A stretch of DNA of 64,000 bases from Perkinsus olseni. Lineage: Eukaryota. The stretch is taken from positions 62,001 to 126,000 of the forward strand of contig JABANN010000019.1 of NCBI GenBank assembly GCA_013115125.1, read 5' to 3'. Shown here piece by piece: positions 49,220 through 62,111 of the stretch (positions are counted from its first letter, which is position 1; each line of letters begins with the position of its first letter). The notes beneath the pieces were generated by a model, which ran no database searches, had not been told where the DNA came from, and saw only the letters and a list, made by a program, of their open reading frames with translations. The position numbers and the translations under genes were made by a program.

Positions 49220-52144
49220 TTATATCGCGCGGCCAGCTGCACTTTGAGAGTCCACGGCACTGCCGCCAGCTCCGATGACGGAGGGATTCTCTACATCCTG
49301 CTGCTCCTCCAAGCTCTCACGAAGGCGCTTCTCCTCCTCACTCTTCTTACGGTATCTGAAAGGACTTCAACTCCATCCAGCTGAAGCCTAAGCGGCCACA
49401 CCGACTCAGTACCTTCTATAGATGAGATAAGCAACGAAGAGGATGAGAAGGAACACCGCCACTGAGCCAAGGGTAATCCCAACAACAGCGCCCGCCGACA
49501 GGCCGTCATCGCCACCCTGTGATTCGGCACCTGACCAACCAAAGGGAACACTACATATCATACACTTGGCTGAAATTAAACCAAACCCCGTGGAATGGGG
49601 AGGGTAACGTCATCCTACGCGACAGATCATATCGGTGAGAAAGAAACCGCTCACCTCTCCCATAGACTATGGGCGTTCCATCCAGGACTGCATCAGGAGT
49701 TCCTCCCTCGTCGGACTGGCCTTTCAGCCAGTCTGTTATAGAACTGGCCGCCTCCCCCTCAGCAAAGCCGACTCCGTTCGAAACGTCACCCTGATTAACC
49801 TGACAGTGAGACAAAGGCTACCCTTACTAAAGGTCATAAAATGCCTGCCCTACCACAGTGACGACTTTAAGTATGAGCTCGTCGGCTTCACCTCCCTGCA
49901 AGCGTCTGCGGTCGTTGCTGATGTCCGAGGCGAAACCCAGGTTGAGCTCCTCTGTTTTGAACTCAGGTTTCAGTTTATCATACAGGGATGTCTTCCCAGG
50001 AGCCGAGGGCTCGTAGAGACCGATGTCGATCAACTGCCGGCGGATGCCAGAGATCTAGCACAACACGTGATACGGATCAACATTCTTCGACGGAGCAGCG
50101 TGGGAGACGAGACATCACCTTGTAATTAGATACTATGGTGGTCTTCTCATCTTGCGGCGGAACTACAGGAATGCGATTCGGTACTGGGCACGTGAGATCA
50201 GGCAAATCCTGTTTATATGCCATGTAATAAACTGTCTCATAGTCGAGAGCGCCTGAGCGAAAGCCTCAATAATGCCTCAAGTGCGGCGAAAGATATTGCC
50301 TCTTAAATCAGGATGTGTGAGGTAGATGACGTCCTTGAGTAGAAGATCAGGATTCAAAATGCCATCGTAGAACACGGGATTAGGGAACCCGCCCTGAAGC
50401 CGCACCACAGTGAAAACGCGCGTTCATAACGGTTAGATACCTTATTATAGTCGATCAGACCGCCCTGGCAGCGGACGGCGCGCCAAGAGGTAAGATTCAC
50501 TGCAGTATTACGAGCCACTACTTCGGAAACCTATCAGAGTTGGCATGCAAGGTTTGAGGCTTCCTCGCCCTTCATTTTCACCTTGTCCTCCTTTAGGCCT
50601 GCCCTCGGTATATAGTACTCTACTCCCTGCGCGTAAATAGATGTGCTGCCAGGACCCTGCAACGCCACTGGAGTGTTGCTGACCTAACATGGCAACGACT
50701 TTGTAACTATGAAAAGTCAAGAAACCAGAAAAATGCATCCTGGTGTTGCACGTAGAGAAGAGCGAGAACGACTTGTTAGGTACGATCTCACCTGACCGGA
50801 AGCTCCCAGAGTTTGTAGATCCTGACTGAGACCTCGTGTATTATCCTGGGAGAACATGTAATAGACGTGAGCGTCGTCCATCATGCGAGCCACGTAGGAG
50901 TCTGGTTTTGGGAAATACCTACCAGTGACTAGTAGCAGAACAAATAGCAAGATAACGACATTACCAGTCATATCCTGGAAAAGCCGTGCCCATCCATACT
51001 GAGGGCTTGTAAGATGCCCTAGCAGCAAGAGCTGAAGCTTGCATGTAGCTGGACCGAGTGCTCGCAAAATGAGACGCACCAGTGCTATACTGAACGAAAA
51101 TAGAACACTCGGTGCAGTTGTAGTGTGAGTAGCCGAGTACTCACTGTATCAGTTAATAGAGCCATGAAGAGCATCCATGTGAGCCTCCCCAAAGGACTAG
51201 CTTCGTAACGGTCACTGAAGGGTAAAATAGTCTGGGTCTGTGTGGCAGCCTTGTATGCATCCACGGTGCCGGAGGGAACGATTACAGCGGATAGCTGAAA
51301 CAAATAATAAGCCTTGAATAGCCTTGGGTGAGGATACCGTGCCCTACATTCAGCTCATTCAGCTTAGTGGCATTGTTAGGTCCGCCATAAGCGCCCGTAC
51401 ATGCACCGTTTGCGAATGAACAACCCGCCTCCTTCTTACACTCAGACTCGGGGAGACTTGACGTACACGCCCAAGTGGCAATCTGGGAATAGTAAATATA
51501 TCACCAAACGAGAAAGACTCATTCGACCGAGGAGTGCGGTATAAAAACGTGATGCTACTGCAGAATAGCAATAAGGTGGCCTACCTGAGGAAGGCGTGCC
51601 TGCAACAAAGGCTCCTTGGGCAGGTTGAGGTCGGCCTTGTTCAAGTAAGCAGTAACGGTGGCTAACTTACCCAGGCCCTTATCGAGTATCCCAACCTACT
51701 GACGACGATGCGAGCGAACTAAGGGAAGTCGCTCAGCTTACCATGAGAGTCTCAGTGAGACCCAATGTTTTGACAGGCGTCTCAACCTTGATGTAGTCAC
51801 TGAAGCTACCGGGGTCATTGACTGTCGGATCCTCTGTACCACACCGTACGAATAGCACTTTCACCGAGACCGAGGGCGTCGAGAGTACTTCCAAGGTAGC
51901 GTAGTACCTACAGTAAGACTCGTACCATACGGCAAGGGAAGCCCGCTCGATCTCGGTACTTGTAAGACTGATAATTCTTGATGGTCGTAGAGTACTCGGA
52001 AAAGTAGGAGATGCTGGTCGGAAAGTAGTCGACTTCATTAGCCTTGTCGAACCCGACCACGGGGTCGCCGCACTGTTCCCACTGAGCAGATGCTACCGCA
52101 AAGGACAGAATAAAATACGTTAAAGAGGGAATCACAGCCATCAT
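49220..52144 (-). CDS. Periplasmic-binding-protein-like type I membrane protein resembling cobalamin acquisition protein CBA1
   Basis: Signal peptide MMAVIPSLTYFILSFAVASA. Then DYFP..YS..IKNYQSYK, LFVRCGTEDP, EASPLGRLTWMLFMALL and PDLLLKDVIYLTHP. C-terminal TM LSAGAVVGITLGSVAVFLLILFVAYLIYRR and a short tail end at 49220. Confidence 0.7.
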
Positions 52145-52611
52145 CGTGATTGGCCGGCAACTGCAAAATCTGAAAAGGAATTTTCTGACCCTGGTAGTTC
52201 GGTAACCTGCGGTCGTCATACCGAGTACATCAGCTCAATTCGTCGTCACCCAGCCTTTCCGTCTAGCCTCACACAGCACTCTCCCCCGGTGGCTAGCCTG
52301 CCGCGAGCCTAGTGCCACGGTTGCGGTCGTGCACACTCTTACGCCTCCGGTTCACAACGAAAGAGCTTTATGAGACATAGTGCTTGCTCACGTGCACTGA
52401 GTCCATCCGTATGCGAGAGTTCGTTTCTTATACAGAAATGGAGGCCTTCGCTCAGTTACAACGTCGGAGAGCACAGAAGCATTGAATGAGTACTGCAACT
52501 CAACTCGAAGCTGCATCCTGCGCTGGACAAAATTTAATCACATCTTGCGTTGTTCCTTGCGCATGTCGACCTCGACCCCAGTCAAGATTCTCGAAAGGTG
52601 AGAGCGAACAG

Positions 52612-54559
52612 ATGACCGCCGAACATGATGAGCGCCTTCCCGAACACTTGAGGTCGCCGGAAGCCAGTGGGTTCAAGCCACGCGGGTCATTCATCTGGAG
52701 GAAACGCAAGGTTCTTCAAGACGCGTAAGGCTGAATATTGGGCAGAGCCTGCTTGCAAATGTCTAATGCAGATGAGGATGCCGCAGAAGAGATCGTCCGA
52801 GTAGGAAGGCCGTGGGACGAAACCGAAATTGATGATGTAATATTGCCTGGGGCGGTTAAGTGGACTACTATGGGCTCACTCTCATGCAGTACTTGCGTTG
52901 TCTCCAACAGGGGAGTCCTCAACGGCGTGAATCGCGTATCGTTTGAGGAAATGCGGCGATTCGTACTCCTTCAACGTCCTTCCGTGACCGTAGTTCTTTC
53001 AAGGTTTTCAAATCGCCTCAAGTGCAAAGCGGCTCTGTTGACGGCAGAAATATCATGGCAATGAGGCACGCCAAAGGTAATGCCGACCAGAGACCAGTAG
53101 AGAATGCGCCCGTATGAGATAAGTGGGTCTCTACAGGTGCGTCCACAACCGCTTCCAGCACTTGTCTGAGTGCGGAGGTTTATAACGATGTGCTACTGCA
53201 GAAGCAGGACGAGATCTTCAAGCTCGGCCAAGATATGACCCGGGCGACGACCGAAGGCCACTATAAGAAGGCTGCCTCATTGCGCAGTGAGTCGTGCTCT
53301 GCGTGTTTCCGAAGCTGGCGACAGGTGGTGTTTCGCAGAGCACCTGAGAGAGGCTCGGCAAGAGTACGACACGATGATAGAGAAGCGCGTGGAATACCTG
53401 GCTGGGGTCAAGCAGGAGCAGCTCACGGAGTCTTGGAGATCGATGCGGTGTAGATTTGAGAAGCGGTAATGCGGCCCGCATGAAACCTAGGGACACGTGT
53501 CACCCGAGTCCCCTTAGTGCTCGAATTGGGGCGATTCATAAGCGGGAATTCGCGCCTCAAGCAGAATGTCAGTTGACGTCCTTCGGTTAGCTCCACCTGT
53601 CCCTAGCTTTCAAGCAGGAAATTTATACGGCGTAAGGCGGACCGGCCTGGGCTCCACGGTGGGAGCCGTTTTCTTCGGAGCAGGTTGATCAGTTTCCTGG
53701 ATTAGACTTTCTGTAGGTTCATCGAGGAACGTAAGCGAATAGAAGAGCTCGTCGCTACAACTAAGAATAGACTCTCTGCGGAGCATGAGTGAGCATCATC
53801 AATCCTGCCGCGTCCTCGAGTGTCCTTTCGAGCTTAGGCGGGAGGTTGCGGAGCTTGAGGAAGCCTTTACCAGCGAGACCGCAGATCCCCGTCACTCTTG
53901 GAGCTCTACGTTGCGGGAGTTGATGAAGACTGAACAGCGCTTAGCCGCCATAGGGGACTTCGACGCGGCTGAGCAGTAGGTCGACCCGGTAGGACGGAAT
54001 TCTACAGAGTCTCGCAGATGCCGTGTACGGGGACAAGCCTTGCGACAAAAGGAGTTGGAAGATCACTACCGGAAACGGCAACACCAATTTGAAGTCAATA
54101 AGCGGTAGTAACGGTATCAGAGCGGCTGTCCTGGGTTCTTGAAACGTGGCCGGCGAATATTATCGCAACAGGCATCTTCAACGGCGCCACGCGTCTGAGA
54201 TCGAAGCTGTAGCTCGTCGGGGTGATCGGATGATGGAGTTGGCGCGGCGAAACTACATAACGTCGAGCAAGGCGTTGGACGCGAAGTCCAAGTTCATTGC
54301 CAAGAAGGTCAACAGCTCTACTTCGCTCCTGTCGTACCGGTATGTTTGTAGGTCACTCAGGAGTGTTATAAATTTTCGACGTCAGTCAGAAGACCGCCCA
54401 CGCATGAAACGACGCAGAAGGGCGCTCTTGGCTATCGAGGCACGAAGTTTGGACCTCCGCAAAGAAGGCTGGCCATTTCCCCAGAGCGGTGAAATCATTC
54501 TTCTCATGCGTGCTTGTTATAATTGCTCTGGCTGTGTCGGCGACGTTCCTGTCGAGTGA
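52612..54559 (+). CDS. Hypothetical coiled-coil protein; boundaries approximate
   Basis: Exons rich in E/R/K/Q heptads (KQDEIFKLGQDMTRATTEG, EHLREARQEYDTMIEKRVEY, RREVAELEEAF). Confidence 0.45.
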
Positions 54560-55973
54560 TGGCGTCGAGTTTCAGTAGTCTTACTGGAATGACTCGGGTC
54601 TATAGTCCACTTGGGTACTCTCTCGCAAATGAGCGTCACTCGACGGAGGAGAGATGGCCGTGTGGGAAGGATTGCAGAATTCAGCGCAAGTCCCCCGAGC
54701 TACTGGCATGACGCTCGGGAGTCCGATCTCGAGAACTCTCCTCTGCCTTCTAACATCAAAGTGGGCGACGATATTCTATTGCCTACAGCACGAGCAGCGA
54801 GACGACAGTCCTCTGGGATAAGTAGGAAAGGTTGCAACTCCCCGTCCTCCCTGATGACTCCGACCCTCTGGCTACGGAGGTATCCTGTTTCTCTGAAATA
54901 TCAGCCAGTGAGCGGAGACTTAACTTCCGACGAATCACTTCAGTTAGTTTTCAGCTCGAAGCGATCTTCAAAGCCTCGAGCATAGCATCATGGTGGCGAT
55001 GGAGCGGCAGAGCATGCAAGTGATTGAGTATGTTGATACCAGTCTCAGGGAAGTCAAGCTGATGATAGGCAAGAACCAAGGGCAAACAGGGCAGGGCACT
55101 TCTTTTTTTGGTTTGCTTCGAGGGTTGGCTCGACTCCTCGCACGTAAGAGTTGCGCGTTATCCAGGTGCAGTGGCCCCAGTCATGATAGAGTCCCTTTCA
55201 GAGGAACTCTCCACCCGTCTATCGAGCCGGGCCTCCCCACTGTCCTCGGGTCAGTCACTTGTGTCAAAGCAGAGTACAGGTCGGGCACGGACTGTGAGTA
55301 CTATTCTCGGATCTTCCTCGCTACAGCGCTTGCTTCATTTTGTCTCGTATACGGCACTACTGGAAGGTAGTCTCTTATTTTCTGCCCATGCACAGGAGCA
55401 TTACTCTGGGGGCAGGCCAGCGCCCCTTGCGGAGACGTCCGTTCGGTCTGGTGAAGAGATTGAGGCTGAGAGAGTGATAGCGGGTTGGCGGTATTTCCCT
55501 CCGTGTCGTTCAAATCACGATTTGGTGGAGGCCTTCTAATGTGGGCCTCCTCGCCTCCGTTGTGCGCTTGTTCAGGAGCCCATGGAGGAGGAATCCACTG
55601 GGGAGCTGCCGGATGACATGTTCCAGCCGATAAACTCATTAGACTCGGGTGCTGGTACTGGCGGAGTGCCATGGATAAGCCCGGCGAGGTCGAGGACTGG
55701 AGGACGGATCAGCTCTGCGAGTGAGGCCCTTGGCTCGCTTGCACGGCTTGAGGTGGTAGTTGCGCCGCGTCGAATGTGTCAGGCTCGGGACGACCGACAA
55801 CTACCTGGGGCATGCTCCGAACTCCTGGCACGACGGGCCATCATATCATCAGGCTACACGAAGGTGCTCAGGACGAGAGTGATAGCGATATGAATCAGAA
55901 TAGAAACAGCGAAGATGAGGAAGAGGAGGAGGAGTTGCCTCTGACCACTAGTGAAGAGCCATCAGTGAGATGA
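54559..55973 (+). CDS. Hypothetical protein with an acidic C-terminus
   Basis: GT/AG-bounded open segments. The last exon ...SEDEEEEELPLTTSEEPSVR ends at TGA 55973. Confidence 0.3.
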
Positions 55974-56058
55974 GATCCTCCGACATACGCTATCTCTATC
56001 GTGATCTCGATAGCCGACTAAACCGCGGCCGAACACGAACACACCTGGGGTTCAGAGG

Positions 56059-56688
56059 ATGGACACGGCGGTTCTCTGTGGCACTGAAAAGGAATCTGCT
56101 TCGCGGGAGACTCGGCAGGTGGCGCTGATCATCACTTTCTCCACAGATCTGAACCGTCCACCCTCAGGTTTGCTCTACGGAAAACAACGCATGCGTTGCT
56201 GTGGATGCCGGAGTCAAAGCGGTATCGCAACCGTTGAACCATGCGTCAAGAGACGTCACCAAGAACTCATCATGCGTCTCGACTGAGTAGCCCCTCACAG
56301 TGAGGATGTACTCGTTAGCTTTATAGCGGTCCTCTTCAGACTCGGTGGTTCCCAGCGATCCAACGTGGTCATCCGGCGCTGGATTACTCCGCCGACACGC
56401 ACGACCATCAGAGTAAACAACGCACATTCTGATGAGTGTTATCATTTATACCATCTCTCTCAGTCCCACACAGCTGCCGCTATTCGGCCTAGTTATGGTA
56501 TGGCGATGACGCCACCAGTCCTCTTTCCTCAGTATAGACTAGTCAGCCCCATCGCAGCTGCGGCGTCATTCACTCCTCCCACCGGACTGGCTCGGTCTCC
56601 GGTACAGATCACCCAGAGTGTTCCACTCCGTCGTCGATATCAGCAGTCTCCGGTGACAAAACTGCCTGTACTCGGCCCATCGAACTAG
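56059..56688 (+). CDS. Small hypothetical protein
   Basis: ATG 56059, short GT-AG introns and a Pro/Ser-rich last exon ending at 56688. No motif recognised. Confidence 0.25.
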
Positions 56689-57315
56689 TGGAATCACTTG
56701 TAGGTTACGAGTACTATAACAAGAATGGGGACGCAGGACTGGATACCGCTCCCCCGACCGTGATATGATCAATTAACAGCATTACTACATACAGGCAGTT
56801 GCCAAGTGTGATGATAAGCTTTGGTCTGTTGAGTTGCCGTCAACGCATGAAGTTGGGAGACGCGGTCACATCACAACTGATTTCACATTACTGCCTCGAA
56901 TATCAGAGATGTATAGATAACAACTGTCTGTATAGTTTTATAAGATTACGAACCCTTGCGGTTGAGGAATTCCGGTACGAGGGTACGAATTCCGCTCAGT
57001 TCCGCATCCCCTATCATATCTAGTGATTCCTTGTCGCTGCTGATGACATTGATCCCCACTGATCTTACTCTTACAAACACTGCTCCTCGTCAGTTAGTTG
57101 AGAAACGGTAACGATTATCGACATTGACTGTCGTGTATAGACAGCTTGATTACTGTCATCAAACAAATGTCGCACTTATCTCCTTTAAAGACTCCATGTG
57201 AACGGTATAACAACAGAAGAAACTACAACTTCTGATGCATACGAAAACTACTCAGCGTGAAACGGAGGAAAACAGGGCGGTGAACAATGCAAAGGTGAAT
57301 GACGTCGCACCAGGT

Positions 57316-59049
57316 TTATATCTTCTCAGCCGAGCCAACATTCTTGATCAGAAGAGTGCGGATCTCCGTCATATCCTCCATAGCGTAACGAACACCCTCC
57401 TTTCCGACACCGGAATCCTTAACACCACCGTAGGGCTCAGCGTCCACACGGATGCTGGGGACATCGTTGATAACAACGCCACCGACCTCGAGGTTGTTCC
57501 ATGCGTAGAATACACGATTCATGTCAGTGGTGAAGATACCGGCGTGGATACCGTACCTGTCAAAAAAACCATCAAACATGACAGAAAAAGAGAACCAGCT
57601 TTCCTACTTAGAATCATTAACAGCATCGATAACATCCTTGAAGTTGCTAAACTTAGTGGCGCAAAGCAGGGGGCCGAACGCTTCCTCCCTCCAGGCAGTG
57701 GCATCGATCGGGACATCGGCCAGAAGCGTGGGCTCAACCATGCAGCCGTTTCGGCCACCACCGCAGAGGACGGTGCAGTTGAGTCCCTTGGCCTCCTCGA
57801 TCCATCCGTGAAGACGAGACGCTTCCTTCTCGGAGATCATAGGGCCAACAAAAGTGGTCTCGAGCTTGGGGTCGCCCATCTTCAGCGACTTGACCTTTTC
57901 GGTCAAAGCCTTCATGACCTGAAAGCAGAGCGGTGGAAAACGCCAAGAGCGAATGAATGCGCCTCACCTCGTCGTAGATGGTATCCCTGATGTACAACCG
58001 CTGGGTCGAGATGCAGCTCTGGCCGGACTGGTAGTAGGCACCGAAGGCAATGCGGTTAACGAGGTAATCCAAACCCTCTTGCGGGATGGAGTCGACAACA
58101 CAGGCGGCGTTGCCACCGAGCTCGAGGACGACTGGCTTCTTTCCGGCCCTGGCCTTCATGTCCCATCCGACCTGAGGGCTGCCAGTGAAGGAGAGGAGCT
58201 TGAAACGCTCATCAGTCGTGAACAAGTCAGCACCTGATCACGGAGGAGTTGACATTGGATTGTGTTGAGAGCAAAGAGAGAGGACTCACCATTCCTAGAG
58301 CAGGGGAGGATAGAGAAGGCCTCGTTGGGGAAGTCAGGGCAGTTGGAGAGGATCTCACCGATGATGAGGGCACCAAGGGGGGTGGCGCTCGCAGGCTTCA
58401 ACACGAAGGGGCAACTGAAGAGAAGAACCGAGTGCGCGGACGTCGAAGAAGTCATCGACTTACCCCACAGCGATAGCAGGGGCGATCTTGTGAGCGGCAA
58501 GGTTAAGAGGGAAGTTGAAAGGGGCGATCATCGAAACGGTTCCCTTGGGGACGCGCTTGTAGATCTGCTGCAGGCCCTTGTTACGGCTTGAAAGCTCCAT
58601 CGTAGACCATTCACCGTACATACGGGTGCACTCCTCCGCAGCGATCTCGAAGGTGTCAATGAGGCGGCTGACCTGAATGAGTGATACAGTACTTTTATTA
58701 GTGAAAGAAGGAAGGTGAATAGTACCTCTCCCCTGGCATCAACGATGGGCTTGCCAGCTTCGCTGCACAGGCAGTAGGCAAGCTCGTCGAAGCGCTTGCG
58801 GAACTCAGCAACACAGTACATGAGGACAGCCTTCCTCTGATAAGCGGGCATTTGAGCCATCTTCTTCTCGGCAGAGTGGGCCTTCTCAATGGCCTTGTCG
58901 ATCTCAGCCTCGTGAGCGACAGCAACGTGGCAAACGACATTGCCGGTGTACTTGTCGGTCACACCCAGATCGGTGTTAGCATAAACTGGCTCACCGGCGA
59001 GATAGTAGGGCCACTTCTCGGCGATCTTAGGATCAGGGACGAAGGCCAT
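57316..59049 (-). CDS. Aldehyde dehydrogenase, ALDH21-like
   Basis: IAPFNFPLNLAAHKIAPA, LKPASATP, LSFTGSPQVGW, VLELGGNA, YQSGQSCIS (catalytic Cys), EEAFGP and PYGGVKDSGVGKEGVRYAMEDMTE. Confidence 0.93.
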
Positions 59050-59499
59050 TTTGAGAGAGTACTTCTTATAGTTTGAACTGAGGGATAATCGACCCGCCGA
59101 CAATAGCACTCGACGCTGGAGCCCTCAAGCATTCAAGTCCCCACAAAGTCGCTTCCGGCACTGTGGCGTGGGTAGACACGCGACTGTGTCGCACTACAAG
59201 GGAACACAATTTCCTCCCAACTACAGACGATAGGATTCCACATGGCTGTCGAATCGGGCTAAGGCGTGGGCGTGAGTAGTAATCCCAACCTCCCTTCGAA
59301 TTTCTTTAGTTGCCGCCGATCTTTGCACATCTCTGAGGGCACTCCCACCACTTCTCCGCCACAAAGAGGGACAGTAACGCTGCTAATGCCAGCAGAGATG
59401 TCCGATTCAGCTCAGGGCAACGTAAAAAGCGCGCGCCCGGAAAATCTCGGCTTGGCAAAATTCGTGTAACTATCCCGTTGGAAGTGTTATCTGAAGGTC

Positions 59500-61960
59500 A
59501 TGTCAACCGCCACTAACGAACAACAGCATGCAGATCCCAGCTCGAAGGGAGACGATGGAGGAGGGGGTGCTATGAAAGAGAATGAAGATGCGCCGGATAA
59601 GCTAATGCCGCCCTCGTGAGGTCTAGGGCTCGCTAGAAGGGTCTCTCAAGGGTCATTTTGCTTAGACATCCTTACTCGTTAAGGCCGCAAATACTCAAGA
59701 AAAAACAGCCTGATAATGTAACGAGGGTTGAAAGACGCGCTGCAGATGGTACCTCCATGGTAGGTCAAGGAGGATGGACCGTCGTCGTCTAGTAGAGGGA
59801 GGACCGGCTCGGCTGCGAGTAGCATCGATAGTGCCGCAGCCACTATTGGATCTGGTAAACCAGCACCCTGCCTAGCGGAAAATGGTGTTTCGCTCAGCTG
59901 AGCAAGAGCGCATAGGTGCCGAAGCTACACTCACTGGTGACACCAGCGGCGGTAGACGGAGGGCTCGGAGCAGATCAAGGATTTCTTCCAACGGCGGAGA
60001 TTTGGCGACATCAGCGTAAGTCGAGCCGCGGCCAAGCTGGGCCCTAAGCTCGAGCATGCCCTCAGAGGCGATGCTGAAGTGAGAGGTAAATCTGCAGAGA
60101 AAACGCCCAAGAGGCGACGTGCAGGTAAGTGCCAGCGATTTTTTCTAGTGAAGATAGAAGGTTGTATGCCGAACTGCACGCTTCGCTGACTTCGAGTGTC
60201 AGCATTATTGGCTTTCCAGGCAGCGGTAGGAGGAGCGCAGGTGGCGTCCCGGCAGTTCTCGGTGTGGGTCCCGCTGTCGCCGATGTGTATTGGGTGCAGT
60301 GCAGCAGGTAGCCCTGCCATCCTGATGTTTGCCGCTGTTGCAGCTCTCTCAGTCCTTCCTGTGAGAAGTGGCGTATCGTCACTAAGGAGATATTTGACAA
60401 GTGAAACCTGCCTCGTCATTCGCGAGATATCCTTCGTGAGGGTAGGTTCAATGGGAACCCAGAACTGCCGGTGCTGTGCGCCCAGCTTGGCAGTGCATGC
60501 TCGGAACCTGACGATGCTGAGAAATACAAAGCGCCTGATGAGCAGCAGGAGTAGGGATACCGGCTACAGTCGTGTCCTTGGTTGGATGCTTTCCTCAGGC
60601 GCGAGCGCGCCGCAAAGGATCTGCCACCAATTTCTTCCCAGTCGTCTCCGATTCCTGCCGTCCCTGATGCCGCAGCGCATAGTCAGGCGAAGCAGCAGGA
60701 AGAGCAGGGAGGAGAGGCCAAGGCTGAAACGACTCCCCCAAAGGCTTCAATGGATTCAGAACCCATTGAGCATCCCCTCGTAGATAAAGCCACTGTGCGC
60801 TATCGATGAAAACATTTAGCCAAACTTTTGTCATGTCAGGTATAGTGAGCCCCAGCGAGTTAACATGCACGTTATTATTCCTCACGTACATTGCGCCCCA
60901 TCCCGATCTATCATCCACGCGGTGCCCAATTCCGCTGGGAGTGAATCGTGATCTTATCGGCGAATTTCTCAATAACGATTGTGTCGCCCTTATGCTCGAG
61001 TAGCTAACATGCTAACGTATATTGATGTCATCGAATCCGTACAATAAGTTGCTTTTTCGACTACTCCAGTAACAGTGTTGATCATTTCTAGTGGCAATGG
61101 GGTGGCTCGTCAGTCTCTATTTGTAGTAATGCTGTCTCTGAACCCGCCCCCACCCAGTGAAGCCTCCTGGGTCCTCATCCCGGTGGGAGTTCTAGAACCA
61201 GAGACCTCCGGGAGAGCCACCAGGCGAGGTCATACGGTTCCCGAATGGGATGTACTCAGGATGGCTGTCGAGTAACACGAGCGCCGCCCTGGCTTGAGGC
61301 GAGGCGTTGCTATATAGATACTATCGGCATCAGGGCCGTGAGACTAAAATGAGGCTCATCGTCAACGCTCAAGATGCATCACGTCTCCCTGGGGAGTTCA
61401 GAAGCTATGCCGTGATAGTGCCCAGCCGTTCATGGTCGGGGGCATTACCCAACGTGGTAGTGAGAACCGGGACGATACTCTGGTCATAGGTGAAGAATTC
61501 TTCTATCGGTACCCTGCGAAAAATCTGACCGCGTTTGGCATACCGGGAATTCGTGTTGTTGTGCAGTGAAGCTCTCTGCAGATATCTTGGACGCTACTGT
61601 TGTGCAAGCAATTATCCACCGGTGGCTATTCGTGTCAAATAGTCACCAATCAGAACTGGGACCGCTTGGAGGCTCTACGGGACGGCCAGGTTGACGAGAG
61701 CCTCGCTGAGTGGTGGTTCACCACCGGGCGAAAATTGAGAGTAGGTCGGAAGGCTCTCGGTTGGGCGTTGTGGTACCGCATTTTGCGTCCGTCAGATTGC
61801 GTACACTGTCGTTGACGGGTTGTTCCGCCCCCATGCTAAGCCGGCGGACACACCTCGAGGGGAGCCGGAAGAGGGGACGCGGTATTGCAGTTCATCGTGG
61901 ATGGACACCTGAAAGCTTGCCGGAAAGTGCAGCATCGGATTCAACGTTGGTAGTAGAGTA
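59500..61960 (+). CDS. Hypothetical protein with a possible degenerate NYN/PIN-like C-terminal region; boundaries approximate
   Basis: Low-complexity N-terminal exons. C-terminal exons give WDVLRMAVE|YYRHQGRE and CQIVTNQNWDRLE. Confidence 0.35.
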
Positions 61961-62111
61961 GCGGCAGTCTCAATCGAGCAGGCCGCGGTGAAGTGAATGT
62001 TGTTATTACGAAGATGCCGTGCGTTGGCGATTGTGTTTTTGGCGAGTTGATCGTTATTCTATTGCTTCGGGGAGATGCCATGTAGTGTTTCGCTTTTTTT
62101 CTCACACCAAG

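Noticed and set aside
57235-57990. 251-aa + strand ORF
   Set aside because: It is the antisense shadow of the codon-biased ALDH gene and has no motifs.
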